NCBI GenBank assembly: GCA_042217695.1
Contig: JBDGSE010000014.1
Span: 1 to 49,296, forward strand
DNA from: Candidatus Nanohaloarchaea archaeon
GTDB lineage: Archaea; Nanohalarchaeota; Nanosalinia; Nanosalinales; Nanosalinaceae
Reading direction: 5' to 3'
DNA: 49,296 bases
The position numbers and the translations under genes were made by a program. This document shows, in pieces, positions 18,309 through 28,440 of this stretch (positions within the stretch are counted from its first letter, which is position 1; each line of letters begins with the position of its first letter). The notes beneath the pieces were generated by a model. That model was not told the DNA's origin, ran no database searches, and saw only the letters and a program-made list of their open reading frames with translations.

Positions 18309-20561
18309 ATGGGCCTGCTATCTTCAAACGTCAAGAACTCCCTGAACGAGTCCGTATCCGAGACCAAGGAACGGAACGAAGAGGAGGAGAGCGGAGAAGG
18401 GCCTCCTTCCATCGAGGAAGAACTGGAGCACCTGAGGAACCGTATAGAATCCCTGAGATCAACCCAGGAAGAAGTTTCTCGAAGGAACCAGGAGATAGCA
18501 GAGAGGCTTTCAGACATCAAGGACTACCTCGGCGACGAATCCGATCTACACCAGCGCATAGACCAGCTGGAGGAGGAGCTCGAGGAGGTGGAGGTTGCGG
18601 ACGAATCAAGTATATCCAAGGCGATCAAACGCCAGAAAGAGCTCCGGGACCAGGTTATGGAGCTGCAGCAGCAGGTCTCCGGCCTCGAGCACCACTTCGA
18701 GGAATTCCCCAACGACTACGAGTTCGAGGACATCGTCGACGAGTTCGACGAGAAAGTGGAGATGCTGGAGAAAACCCTTCCGGTTCTTGAGGACGCCCTG
18801 GGAGACCTCGAGGAGGCGGAAGGAGAGGAGCTTGTGACCGAGAGAGACCTGGAGGAGCTGCGGGATGGCCTGGTACACGAGGACGACCTCAACGAACTAC
18901 AGTCTGCCGTCAACAGTCTTGAAGACGCCTTCGACGGTGCAACCGAGCAGATACAGGAGTCGATGGTCGAGGAGAAGGTCGACCGCTCCGAGCTCGAAAA
19001 CGAGATAGAGAGCCTGAGAAACGATATCGGTAACGTGGCCTCCGTGGTCGACGAACTGATGGGTCTGAAGCAGCGCATCGAAGACGCAGAGATAGAGGAG
19101 AAGGTCGACCGTTCAGAGTTCGAGTCCTCACTGGAGGACATGCGTGAGGAGCTGGAGGATGTCGAATCCTCGCTGGAGGAAATTAAAGGTGTTAAACAGG
19201 AGATTGAAAACGCGGAGATAGAGGAGAAGGTCGACCGGGAAGAGTTCGAGTCGCAGATAGAACACCTCGAGGAGGATATCGGTCGCCTGAAGGCTCTGGA
19301 CGAACAGTTCTCCGAGCTGGAGGAGACGGTCAGGGAAGATATAATAGAGGAGAAGGTCGACCGGGAAGAGTTCGAGTCCTCGCTGGATGAAATTGAAGAT
19401 GTTAAACAGGAGATTGAAAACGCGGAGATAGAGGAGAAGGTCGACCGTTCCGAGCTCGAGGAGAAACTGGAGGACATAAAGGACAGGATCGTTGACCTGT
19501 CCGACTTCCAGGACAGGGTTGACAGGCTCGAGGTCGAACAGGATGTTCTTGAGGCAGAGCTCGAGGAGGAACTGGAGGAGGCGAAGGACGAGATACTGGA
19601 AGAGTCGGCCTACCACTCCATGGGCAACGCCAGCCAGTCACACCTGGAGGAGGTCGCGCTGCGGATGGGAGAGCTGCACGCCGGCCTCGAAAGAGAGATA
19701 GTTGACATAAGAGAGGAACTCGCCGAACTTGAGGGAAAGCTGGACGAACAGGAACTCCTCGACGTCCGGGAAAAACTGGGGGAACTGGAAAACCAGATCT
19801 CGAACATAGCCATCGAGGAGAAGGTCGACCGTTCAGAGTTCGAGGAACGCGTCGAGGAGGTCGAGGAAGGCCTTGACGAACGGATAGTGGGCGTTGAGAA
19901 CGAACTGGAAAAGGTCGAACTGGATGAAGCGGTGGACCGCTCCGAACTCGAGGAGGAGCTGGAGAAGGCGAAAGACGAACTCGGCGTATCCATCGTGGAG
20001 ACAGAACACGTACTGAGAGAGGATCTGGTGGAGAAATCCCAGCTACGTGGTGTATGGGACACCCTTGACCTGTTCGACGAGAGACACCAGGAGCTTCGTT
20101 CCCGTGTACAACAGGTCGACTCCGACCTGGGTTCGGTGCAGGAGGAGCTTTCCCGCGTGCATAACCGGCTTGACTACCTTGACGTTGAGGAGAAGGTAGA
20201 TACCTCTCAGCTCGAGGAGAGGCTGGAGAAGATACGGGACGAGGTCACCATATCCGTCATGGAGACCGTGGAGAACCTGCGTTCTCAGCTGGCCACCAAG
20301 TCTGATGTACGCGACATGATCCCGGACGAGGACGAGATAAGGGAAAAAGTCGGGTCTGAGATCGAGGAGCAGGTGCCGGATCAGACAGAGACAGACATCG
20401 ACACCGACGAGATAGTGTCGAGGGTGAAGGACGAGCTGGAGGACGAGATCGATACCGGTGGAGAACCCGAGGTGACCCGTGAGGAGTTCGAACAGCTGCA
20501 GCAGGATGTCCAGGAGGTCTCCGACCTCATGGTGGAGCTGGCTAGGAAGGTCCGGGAGTAG
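18309..20561 (+). CDS. 750-aa acidic coiled-coil protein with EEKVDRSE(L/F)E repeats
   Basis: Heptad-rich; about 8 strong motif copies; no ATPase, TM or signal motif. Confidence 0.88.
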   Translation: MGLLSSNVKNSLNESVSETKERNEEEESGEGPPSIEEELEHLRNRIESLRSTQEEVSRRNQEIAERLSDIKDYLGDESDLHQRIDQLEEELEEVEVADESSISKAIKRQKELRDQVMELQQQVSGLEHHFEEFPNDYEFEDIVDEFDEKVEMLEKTLPVLEDALGDLEEAEGEELVTERDLEELRDGLVHEDDLNELQSAVNSLEDAFDGATEQIQESMVEEKVDRSELENEIESLRNDIGNVASVVDELMGLKQRIEDAEIEEKVDRSEFESSLEDMREELEDVESSLEEIKGVKQEIENAEIEEKVDREEFESQIEHLEEDIGRLKALDEQFSELEETVREDIIEEKVDREEFESSLDEIEDVKQEIENAEIEEKVDRSELEEKLEDIKDRIVDLSDFQDRVDRLEVEQDVLEAELEEELEEAKDEILEESAYHSMGNASQSHLEEVALRMGELHAGLEREIVDIREELAELEGKLDEQELLDVREKLGELENQISNIAIEEKVDRSEFEERVEEVEEGLDERIVGVENELEKVELDEAVDRSELEEELEKAKDELGVSIVETEHVLREDLVEKSQLRGVWDTLDLFDERHQELRSRVQQVDSDLGSVQEELSRVHNRLDYLDVEEKVDTSQLEERLEKIRDEVTISVMETVENLRSQLATKSDVRDMIPDEDEIREKVGSEIEEQVPDQTETDIDTDEIVSRVKDELEDEIDTGGEPEVTREEFEQLQQDVQEVSDLMVELARKVRE

Positions 20562-20754
20562 ACAACTTTTTTAACTGTGTGACCCGTTTTCTTTATCGAT
20601 GGACGCGTCTGGCAGGATTCAGGCCGTGAATGATATGTCTGGCCGAGCCGTTATGCCGTCCAAGTCTTTTACAGAGAAGTTCTTCAATATCACTGGGGCT
20701 AAGTTTACAAAGTAAAACGCCCCAGGACCACGCCCGTTCCCGAGGTTTTTCAGC

Positions 20755-21420
20755 ATGGTTCTGGACTGGATGGATGAAGGCGCCCAACGGCTTGTGTTCG
20801 TTCTCTGTTTACCTCTGGTGGATGGAGTTTTCGCAACTTTACTGGTTACAGGAGCGGTTGAAACCTTTTCGGCGGCTGTAAACGTGGCTTTAACAGTTTT
20901 CACTGGTGCAGGAGCTCTTGCCATACTTTATTCCAGCTCTGATTCAGGTAGACACGCCAGGAAGATGGCTGTCCAGGCCGCACCCTTCCTGATACTCGGT
21001 TCTATGGTCGTGGCTCTGGTGGCGCCCGCGTTCGAGCAGATGTTCTACGTCCACCGTCTGAAGTACGCCGCAGGTCTGGCGCTCGTGGTGATAGCAGGCC
21101 ACCTGTCCCGGGTGGAGCTGGCCGAGAAGTTCTCGGTCCCGGCGATAATACTTACAGGGCTCCTGCTCTCGGTGAGAGATCTGTCTGCCGCGGTGTTCAG
21201 CCTGGAGTACGTTGCTCCCGCCCTTCTAACCTCGGGGATCGCGGCTGCAGGCCTGTACCTTGCCAGCTTCTTGGGGAAGGAAAGGATGGACCTCAGTTAC
21301 ATCCGTAGAGGTGGGTCGATCGTGCTCCTGGTAATCGCGCTCTCACAGTTCGGTATCGAGATGCCTGCCCGGCTCGGGCTCGCGATCTTTGCTTTTTCGG
21401 TTATAGCGTCCATGCGCTAG
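20755..21420 (+). CDS. DUF5794-like multi-pass membrane protein
   Basis: LCLPLVDGVFATL..GA motif recalled from haloarchaeal DUF5794; about 7 TM segments. Confidence 0.75.
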   Translation: MVLDWMDEGAQRLVFVLCLPLVDGVFATLLVTGAVETFSAAVNVALTVFTGAGALAILYSSSDSGRHARKMAVQAAPFLILGSMVVALVAPAFEQMFYVHRLKYAAGLALVVIAGHLSRVELAEKFSVPAIILTGLLLSVRDLSAAVFSLEYVAPALLTSGIAAAGLYLASFLGKERMDLSYIRRGGSIVLLVIALSQFGIEMPARLGLAIFAFSVIASMR

Positions 21421-21797
21421 AAGGTGTGGACCTCGAATTCCACGTTCATGGAGTCCATGGAGGATATCCTTGCCACAAGTCTCTCCCTCAGCGGCCGGAA
21501 GGTCAGGAGGAAGCCCATGGTGTCGGTCAACAGACCAGGCGTCAGCAGGAAGATCCCGGCCAGAACCAGCATGCCTCCCTCAAGCACGTTCCGGGACATC
21601 TCTCCTGCAGTCACGGAGCGCTGAAGTTTCCTGACGACATGGGTTCCCTCTCTCCTGATGATCTCGGCTCCCGCTATCCCGGTCAGGAGTACAATTCCCA
21701 GGGTCTGCCAGAAACCTATCCAGCCGACCACCTTGAAAAGCAGGTAGAGGTCGATGAAGGGCACTGCCAGCAGGAGCAACACCAGGTATCTGAGCAT
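21417..21797 (-). CDS. fxsA: FxsA family membrane protein
   Basis: VPFIDLYLL, IG.WQTL, LLTPGLLTDTMG. Confidence 0.9.
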   Translation of the reverse strand: MLRYLVLLLLAVPFIDLYLLFKVVGWIGFWQTLGIVLLTGIAGAEIIRREGTHVVRKLQRSVTAGEMSRNVLEGGMLVLAGIFLLTPGLLTDTMGFLLTFRPLRERLVARISSMDSMNVEFEVHTF

Positions 21798-21866
21798 ATA
21801 CCAGCTTTGTTCTGTATTCTTTAAAACCCGGCAGGATTCAAAACTGTCTGCACGAAAAACCTGTCC

Positions 21867-23312
21867 ATGCAGAACTACGAGGAACTCATGGATGAGATAC
21901 GTCTTGTATACACGCTCGACGATATCGGGGAGTTGCTTGAATGGGACGAGGAGGTCACCATGCCTGAAAACGGGTTAAAAGCCCGCTCCAGGCAGAAATC
22001 CGCGGTCTCGAAGCTGCGTCACAGGGTCCTGACAGGCGAGAGACTGGGCGAGATACTGGAGGCTCTGGACCGGGACGAGCTGGACAGAGAACAGGAGGCG
22101 GTAGTGCGCGAAGTGGAACGGGAGCGCGAGAAGATGATTGCGGTCCCGCCCGACCTGATGGAGCGTATCTCCTCGAAACAGACCGAGGCCGTCGAGGCGT
22201 GGCGCCAGGCCCGTGAGGAGAGCGATTTCGAGAAGTTCCGGCCCCACCTCGAGGAGATGGTTGAACTCATGAGAGAGTACGCCGCAGAGGTCGAACCCGG
22301 TGAAGAGCCTTACCGTGTTTTATTCCGGGAATACGAGCCCTACATTGGTTTCGAAAGGATGGAGAACATGCTCGAGGAACTGAGAGACGGCCTGCAGCCG
22401 ATAATCGATGGTGCCTCGGGAGGGAAGGAACTGGATATATCTGTGCCTGAAGAAGGACAGAAGGAGTTCTGCCGTGATATAGCCCGCGACCTTGGGCTGG
22501 GAGAGGAGGAGTCCCGCCTGGACACATCCACACACCCCTTCACCTACGGTAACGCTCTGGAGGGGAGGATAACGACCAGATTCAGCGGCGATCCCTCGGA
22601 AGCCGCACTTATAACCATGCATGAGGGAGGCCACGCGCTCTACAACCTTGGACTGCCGGAGGAGCATTACGGGAGCCCGCTGGGAGCTCCACGAGAGATG
22701 AGTATCCACGAGTCACAATCAAAGATATGGGAGAACCACGTCGCCCGCTCCAGGGAGTTCTGGGGATATGTCACGCCCAGGATGAAGGAGTTTTTCCCGG
22801 AGATCGAGGCCTCCGCCAGGGATTTCTACCGGGCCAGAACCCGCATCAGGGACGACAACCCGATAAGGGTTGAAGCCGACGAACTCACGTTCCACCTTCA
22901 CATAGCGCTGCGTTTCGAGCTGGAGAGGGAACTTGTTAACGGAGAACTTGCTGTGGAAGACCTTCCAGAACAGTGGGACCGGAAGATGGAGGAGTACCTC
23001 GGCCTCAGACCGGAGAACGATTCGGAGGGTGTGTTGCAGGACATCCACTGGGCTCTAGGCGCTTTCGGTTACTTCCCGACCTACTCCCTGGGAAGCGCCA
23101 TAGCCGCCCAGCTCTACAACGCGGCGCAGCAGGAAATAGATATCGAGGAGGCGGTGGCCCGGGGAGATTTCTCGCCACTCAGGGACTGGCTGCGGGAGAA
23201 CATCCACCGGCATGGCCAGCTTTACAGGACAGAGGAGCTCGTCGAGCACGCCACAGGTGAGAAGCCGTCCGCGAAGTATTTCCTGGATTACGCCCGGCAG
23301 AAGTATCAGTAG
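21867..23312 (+). CDS. Carboxypeptidase M32
   Basis: HPF, HEGGHALY, HESQS, IRVEADE, QDIHW, GYFPTYSLG. Confidence 0.96.
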   Translation: MQNYEELMDEIRLVYTLDDIGELLEWDEEVTMPENGLKARSRQKSAVSKLRHRVLTGERLGEILEALDRDELDREQEAVVREVEREREKMIAVPPDLMERISSKQTEAVEAWRQAREESDFEKFRPHLEEMVELMREYAAEVEPGEEPYRVLFREYEPYIGFERMENMLEELRDGLQPIIDGASGGKELDISVPEEGQKEFCRDIARDLGLGEEESRLDTSTHPFTYGNALEGRITTRFSGDPSEAALITMHEGGHALYNLGLPEEHYGSPLGAPREMSIHESQSKIWENHVARSREFWGYVTPRMKEFFPEIEASARDFYRARTRIRDDNPIRVEADELTFHLHIALRFELERELVNGELAVEDLPEQWDRKMEEYLGLRPENDSEGVLQDIHWALGAFGYFPTYSLGSAIAAQLYNAAQQEIDIEEAVARGDFSPLRDWLRENIHRHGQLYRTEELVEHATGEKPSAKYFLDYARQKYQ

Positions 23313-23638
23313 ACCTCTCGGACTACAAGTTCGAGTTCTCCCTGGTAGAGCGATACCTCGCCGGATACAGTTATGGGGCGGCCCAGGCCCTTCCTCCTCA
23401 CCGGGTCGAAGTTGACGACCCTGATGGAGCCCGTGGAGTCCTTCAGGGTGAAGAACTCAGTATCGTCGTTCGTGTAGTAGTCCTGGATGGTGCCGTTGAT
23501 CTTTACTATGTCGCCCACGAGAGATTCGTCTATGTCGGCCGCGTCGACCTCCACCGGGGCCAGCCGGGCCGAACCGATGTACATCAGCGCCAGACCTGTG
23601 GCGGCAAGGAGAACGGAGACGCGGTAAAGGTTTTTCAT
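23306..23638 (-). CDS. OB-fold protein with N-terminal membrane anchor
   Basis: N-terminal TM; FFTLKDSTGSIRVV; V.GEVSLYQGELEL. Confidence 0.85.
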   Translation of the reverse strand: MKNLYRVSVLLAATGLALMYIGSARLAPVEVDAADIDESLVGDIVKINGTIQDYYTNDDTEFFTLKDSTGSIRVVNFDPVRRKGLGRPITVSGEVSLYQGELELVVREVY

Positions 23639-24171
23639 AGCTCCCTCCGGTGTATGAGCCGGTATTCGGGCCCTCTGTCCGTCATCTCGCTCTCGTAGAG
23701 CTTGACCGAGTCCACAGTGAAATCCCCGAAGTAGTGGTCTTCGAACTCCTGGAATTGTTTCTGCAGCTTCCGTTTCTTCCCGGACGAGAGGTTTTTCACC
23801 CTGACCAGGGTGGCGTGTGGCTTGAACTCGTGGTCGCTGTCTTCCCGCACCTCATGTTGTGAGACTTCGCGGTAGAGGTCGAACACCTCCGGAGAATCTA
23901 TGCCCGCCCATATGACGCGTATGTAGTCGCTGGACGGAAACGCGCCGACACCTCTTGCACCGGCCTCAAAGCTCTCCGTATCGACGTCTTTCATCGCCTG
24001 TTTCACCTGTTCCAGATCTTCCCCGTCGATGTCCTGGAAGAACTGGAGGGTGACATGTATCTGCTCCCTGGGAACCGGGTTGAACCCCAGGTCGAACCTG
24101 TCGCGGACGTGCTCGAGTTCGTCCAGGACTTCTTCGTCTTCTATATCTATGGCGGAGAACACTCGAGCCAT
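23635..24171 (-). CDS. thpR: RNA 2',3'-cyclic phosphodiesterase (2H family)
   Basis: RVFSAI, HVTL and PHATL 2H motifs; ATG at 24171. Confidence 0.93.
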   Translation of the reverse strand: MARVFSAIDIEDEEVLDELEHVRDRFDLGFNPVPREQIHVTLQFFQDIDGEDLEQVKQAMKDVDTESFEAGARGVGAFPSSDYIRVIWAGIDSPEVFDLYREVSQHEVREDSDHEFKPHATLVRVKNLSSGKKRKLQKQFQEFEDHYFGDFTVDSVKLYESEMTDRGPEYRLIHRREL

Positions 24172-24220
24172 ACAAGTTTTTAATTCTCCATCCCTCATAA
24201 AGATATGTTAAGGTGTAATA

Positions 24221-24481
24221 ATGGCGGATAACCCACGTGGAACAGAGCTAGTAGGAAAGACAATCGTTTCCGAGGAACACGGCAAAAAATACGGAGAAGT
24301 CGAGGACGTCTCGTTTGTGGCGGATACAGGCGAACTGATGAACATCCTCATCACAGGCACCACCCAGCACCTCGAGGACAGCGACCTCCAGGAGGACAGG
24401 AAGGGGCGCAAGATCGTGCCTTTCTCCTCGGTCCGGTCTATCGGGGACTTCGTGATAGTCGCCGAGGACGACATCATGTAG
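24221..24481 (+). CDS. PRC-barrel protein (CdpB-like cell division candidate)
   Basis: LVGKTIV...GEVEDV...TGEL...VPFSSVRSIGDFVIV. Confidence 0.88.
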   Translation: MADNPRGTELVGKTIVSEEHGKKYGEVEDVSFVADTGELMNILITGTTQHLEDSDLQEDRKGRKIVPFSSVRSIGDFVIVAEDDIM

Positions 24482-25301
24482 AGGAATCGAGTAAATCCTC
24501 TACTCTGCTCAGGCCTTCCCAGATGCTGGAGTGGGATTTCGCCGTCCAGTAGAGCGTTTTTCCCGCCAGCCCGTGGCCCTCTATCATTTCCAACCTCTCT
24601 TCCTTCAGTTCCTCAAGTCTTTCATCCGTTAGTTCTGTGTCGCCGTCCTTCAGGTCGTCCATTATCTGGCCGGCAGCACCCAGATCGTACAGGAACTCTG
24701 TGTTCTCCGGCCCGGCCTCGTAACCTGTCCCGGCATCCCAGAGTACGCTGATGGTCTCGGCGGTGGCCTCTGCAACGTTTAACCTGGTCTGGTAGTCCTT
24801 GGTCTCTTCGGCCCGGAGATACAGGTCTTTCAGGTCGTCCAGCGCCTGTAGAACCTCGTGGTAGCTTCCCAGGGTTTCCTCAACAGTTCTCTCCTCTCCG
24901 TCTACTTCTATGGTTTTGAAGATCCTGTCTGCATCTTCTCTCAGGTAGTCGCCGAGTATCTTCGCGGTCCTGTAGACCCCTTTTTCAGCGGGCGTCCCCT
25001 CCGGTATCTCGCCCCCGGTGTAGGCCTGCCGGTAGTTCTCCAGGAGTTCCTCCGGTTCCCTGGGTTCAAAACCGTCATCGCCGTCGACAAGGTCGTCCGC
25101 CCGCAGGATACCGAGACCGAAGACCCCGGCTATCCTGGCGGCGTCACGGAGGCCGGATGGAGAATAGTTGCCGTCCCGCAGCTGGACCCCGAGAAGAGGA
25201 TAGGCCATCTCCCGGTACTTGTGCGCTGACCGCGGCTCGATGTCTTCCGGTATACCGGAGTCCACTTCCTCCAGGATCTGGTTCTTTGAGGGCAGTTCCA
25301 C
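24474..25301 (-). CDS. Hypothetical protein with class I isoprenoid-synthase-like DDxxD motifs
   Basis: RADDLVDGD and GAAGQIMDDLKD; helical and acidic; GTG start. Confidence 0.6.
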   Translation of the reverse strand: MELPSKNQILEEVDSGIPEDIEPRSAHKYREMAYPLLGVQLRDGNYSPSGLRDAARIAGVFGLGILRADDLVDGDDGFEPREPEELLENYRQAYTGGEIPEGTPAEKGVYRTAKILGDYLREDADRIFKTIEVDGEERTVEETLGSYHEVLQALDDLKDLYLRAEETKDYQTRLNVAEATAETISVLWDAGTGYEAGPENTEFLYDLGAAGQIMDDLKDGDTELTDERLEELKEERLEMIEGHGLAGKTLYWTAKSHSSIWEGLSRVEDLLDSST

Positions 25302-25348
25302 GGAAAAAAACAGTTCCGAAGTTTTTTTACTTCAGTGGAGTGACAACT

Positions 25349-26293
25349 CTATTCTCCGACTATTCCCTCATCCTTTACGCGGAACACGGCCTCACCCTCG
25401 GGCATGTAGGGCGAGTCCACGAGCCTTGCGATACGCTTGTCCTTCTTGGACTTCCGCAGGTATACGCGGACGGCAGAGTTGTGCGCCACGATGTGACCCC
25501 CGATCGCACTTGTCGGATCTCCGAACATCTGGTCCGGGTTCGACATAACCTGGTTTGTCACCAGTACAGCCATGTTGTGGGCGTTCGCAAGCCTTAGCAA
25601 GGTGTTCATGTGCTGGTTCAGTTTCTGCTGTCTCGGCGCCAGTTCTCCTCTTCCGACGTAGTCGGAACGGAACTGGGCGGTCAGAGAGTCCACGATTATG
25701 AGACCGATGTCCTGTTGCTGGGCGATGGTCTGTGCCTCCTCCGCCAGAAGTATCTGGTGGTCGGAGTTAAACGCTCTCGCCACGTGGATGTTCTCCAGGG
25801 TTTCGTCGATGTCCAGGCCCCTGGCTTCTGCCATCTGTTCTATCCTGTCCGGGATGAACGTGTCCTCCGTGTCGATGTATATTGCACCTTTTCCCAGTCC
25901 TCCCTCGCCTTCCGGCAGCTGGACGTTCACGGCGAGCTGGTGGGCAAGCTGGGTCTTGGCGGATCCGTATTCTCCGTAAACCTCGGTGATGGCCTGGGTC
26001 TCTACTCCGCCGCCCAGTATCTCGTCGAAGTCGTCGGCGCCGGTGGTTATCCGTTCCATCTCCTTTCTCTGCTCGTACTTGTCCTTCCCGGTCTCGAAGC
26101 CGATGTCGAGATGTTTCCTGGCCTCGGTGATTATGCTCTGGGCCTTGTTCTCTCCGAGGTCTGCTACCTCTCCAAGGTCGCCTGCGCTCATCGTGGCGAT
26201 CGACATCAGGTCGTCGTATCCTGCTTCTTCCAGCTTTTCCGCCGTTTTACCTCCCACTCCTTTGATATCTTCAAGTTCTGTGTCATCTGCCAT
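25349..26293 (-). CDS. radA: DNA repair/recombination protein RadA
   Basis: N-terminal Hh[22 protein letters not shown]; no intein. Confidence 0.98.
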   Translation of the reverse strand: MADDTELEDIKGVGGKTAEKLEEAGYDDLMSIATMSAGDLGEVADLGENKAQSIITEARKHLDIGFETGKDKYEQRKEMERITTGADDFDEILGGGVETQAITEVYGEYGSAKTQLAHQLAVNVQLPEGEGGLGKGAIYIDTEDTFIPDRIEQMAEARGLDIDETLENIHVARAFNSDHQILLAEEAQTIAQQQDIGLIIVDSLTAQFRSDYVGRGELAPRQQKLNQHMNTLLRLANAHNMAVLVTNQVMSNPDQMFGDPTSAIGGHIVAHNSAVRVYLRKSKKDKRIARLVDSPYMPEGEAVFRVKDEGIVGE

Positions 26294-26347
26294 TATCAGG
26301 TCACCTCTCTGCTACTGTCTTCCGGTCTCTCCGGGCGTCGCATCTTT

Positions 26348-27346
26348 CTATACCTCCATAAGTTCAAGCATGTCTTCTATCTGTTCTTCGGGCACCACTT
26401 CCTCTATCTCGTTGGCTATCATCTCTATCCTGCCGAAGTAGTCGTTGTAACGTGTCCTGCCCTCCACCGAGAGTTCGGTTCCCAGTACGTCTTCAGCGGC
26501 TTTCTCGACCTCTTCGATCTCTCCCTCCTTCTCGATGTCCTCGTCGATGTCCAGAAGTTCTCTGGCCTGGTCCCGGAAGAAAACAACGCGCAGGTTTCCG
26601 GTGCCGTCGTCAAGGACTGCTGAGACCGCTAGCGCCTTATCCGGTTCCACCTCGCCGTGCTCCTTGCACACGTATTTGCCATCGTCGTCCTCTCTTACCG
26701 AGGTCCCGCATTCGGGGCAGATGTTGTAGAACGGGTTGCTTGTGTATACCGCCATCAACATCCCCTGGACCTGGTAACTGGTGTTCTCGTTCCGGACCTC
26801 CCGGATGCTGACCTCGCTGGTCTCGGAACCGCCTCCACCGGTCTCGACCTCGGGGACTTCATCGTCGTCAGCCATCTTTACCTGGGCGCTGTCGCCCAGT
26901 CTGAGCTCTGCATTTTCCCTGTTGTCCTCAATGGTGTAGGCGCCCGCCAGTTCGATGGCGTCTCCTTCCCCGATTTTTTCGGCTATCTCTGTCTGGTCGT
27001 CCCAGAGCGTAAGCCGTATGGTGCCGGTGTCGTCTCCCAGCACCACGTTCTGTACTTTACCTTCGTCGCCGTCATCACGTTCAAAAGTATTTGGTTCCAG
27101 GACACGGACTACTCTGGCCTTCATGTGGACTTTCCGCATGTCAGGCACGATGTTCTCTATCTTGAGGTCCTGGTTGTTGTCTTCAGATACCTGGACGCCG
27201 TGTTCTTTAGCTACAAGATGTATGGCTCCTTCCTCGGATACCAGACCCTCGAACTCCTCTATTTTATTCTTTACTTTATCTTTAACTTCTTCTTCGTCGA
27301 GCTCTGTCTCGTCTACTATGGTCTGAATTATGTCTTCGGCGTCCAT
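26348..27346 (-). CDS. rpa: Replication protein A (OB folds plus zinc finger)
   Basis: DDTGTIRLTLW, CPEC...CKEH, LDDGTG; upstream of radA. Confidence 0.9.
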   Translation of the reverse strand: MDAEDIIQTIVDETELDEEEVKDKVKNKIEEFEGLVSEEGAIHLVAKEHGVQVSEDNNQDLKIENIVPDMRKVHMKARVVRVLEPNTFERDDGDEGKVQNVVLGDDTGTIRLTLWDDQTEIAEKIGEGDAIELAGAYTIEDNRENAELRLGDSAQVKMADDDEVPEVETGGGGSETSEVSIREVRNENTSYQVQGMLMAVYTSNPFYNICPECGTSVREDDDGKYVCKEHGEVEPDKALAVSAVLDDGTGNLRVVFFRDQARELLDIDEDIEKEGEIEEVEKAAEDVLGTELSVEGRTRYNDYFGRIEMIANEIEEVVPEEQIEDMLELMEV

Positions 27347-27431
27347 GATAAGAAAATAAGATGGAAAGCTTAAATCCTCTTTTATCGGGAGAGCCTGCTA
27401 AAAAATCAGAGACAGGAACACAGGTTTTTCC

Positions 27432-27629
27432 CTACCTGAGCGCCTCTTTGATGTCTTCAGCCCTGACGGTCTTGCGTCCGTTATCCTCCGCAATCGCTAT
27501 GGCCTCCTCGGCCACATCTCCTGCGAAAGTTTCGAGAACTCCGCGTAGAGATTCAGCGCTGTCTCTAGAAACTCTTTTGTCGCCTTGACTCTTGATAATC
27601 TCCTTCATTTTAGCGATTGAAAATTCCAT
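27432..27629 (-). CDS. Archaeal histone (divergent N-terminus)
   Basis: KRVS...GRKTVRAEDI histone fold, 65 aa. Confidence 0.92.
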   Translation of the reverse strand: MEFSIAKMKEIIKSQGDKRVSRDSAESLRGVLETFAGDVAEEAIAIAEDNGRKTVRAEDIKEALR

Positions 27630-27744
27630 TATTGACCACTCTATGCAATATTGAATCCTGAACCATTATAAACAAAACGGCTTTTGAGAGGCTGAGACAA
27701 TTTTATATCGCTGGAATTAATAAACGAGCAGAACTAATTGGAGC

Positions 27745-28032
27745 ATGGGGGGAGAGATGGGTCGTAGCATTGAAGAGTTCTTTTTACACCTTAAACCGTC
27801 CAAGATAATGGTGAGGCTTGCAGATCCTTCTGTGGAAAACTACGCATCGGCTCTCTCGAGCGAGGTCGACTCCACTTACTCTCACACGGTACGGATCCTG
27901 CAGCAGATGGAGGAGTTCGACCTGGTCCGTTCCGAGAAGAAGGGCCGAAAGAAGGAGATAGAACTCACATCCCGGGGCGAACGCATAGCCGAGGACCTGA
28001 ACCAGCTCATCCGCGATATTACCGAGGGATAG
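27745..28032 (+). CDS. Winged-helix (MarR-like) DNA-binding protein
   Basis: KPSKIM...YASALS.EVDSTYSHTVRIL...KKGRKKEIELT.RG. Confidence 0.88.
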   Translation: MGGEMGRSIEEFFLHLKPSKIMVRLADPSVENYASALSSEVDSTYSHTVRILQQMEEFDLVRSEKKGRKKEIELTSRGERIAEDLNQLIRDITEG

Positions 28033-28233
28033 GTGAGCCAGGACTCCAGGAAAGCTCACACGACGGAAGACTGTGTGGATACAGCGAACAACATTGTGTT
28101 TGTTAATTACGAACATTCTATGTTCTTTAAAAACTTCTGTTTTTGTTTCAAAGTGAAAACGTGTGACATGAGTGTTTGATTTGAGCGAACAACCTCTCCA
28201 AAACTATATTTTTGTGGCTGCAGAAGCCTCTGT

Positions 28234-28440
28234 GTGAAGGTAACAAAGATACAGGATGATGGAAACAAGTTCATACTTCACGGAGAGTCGGGCCTTTACG
28301 ACCGGGTAAGAGAGGTTTTCGAGAACATAGCGCCCGGCGTCAACGTCACGCCCTCGGAGGAGGCCGAGGCCCATATACTCTACAACGAGAACAACAGGGA
28401 TATCGTGCTGGGGGTCCTGGACGACCATACCCGGGGCTAG
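28234..28440 (+). CDS. Small hypothetical protein (68 aa)
   Basis: GTG start, acidic, genome-typical codons, upstream CTATATTT. Confidence 0.6.
   Translation: MKVTKIQDDGNKFILHGESGLYDRVREVFENIAPGVNVTPSEEAEAHILYNENNRDIVLGVLDDHTRG

Noticed and set aside
18960..19950. Regularly recurring GAGGAGAAGGTCGACCG as a CRISPR array
   Set aside because: In-frame coding repeats with variable 100-360 bp spacing; no cas genes.
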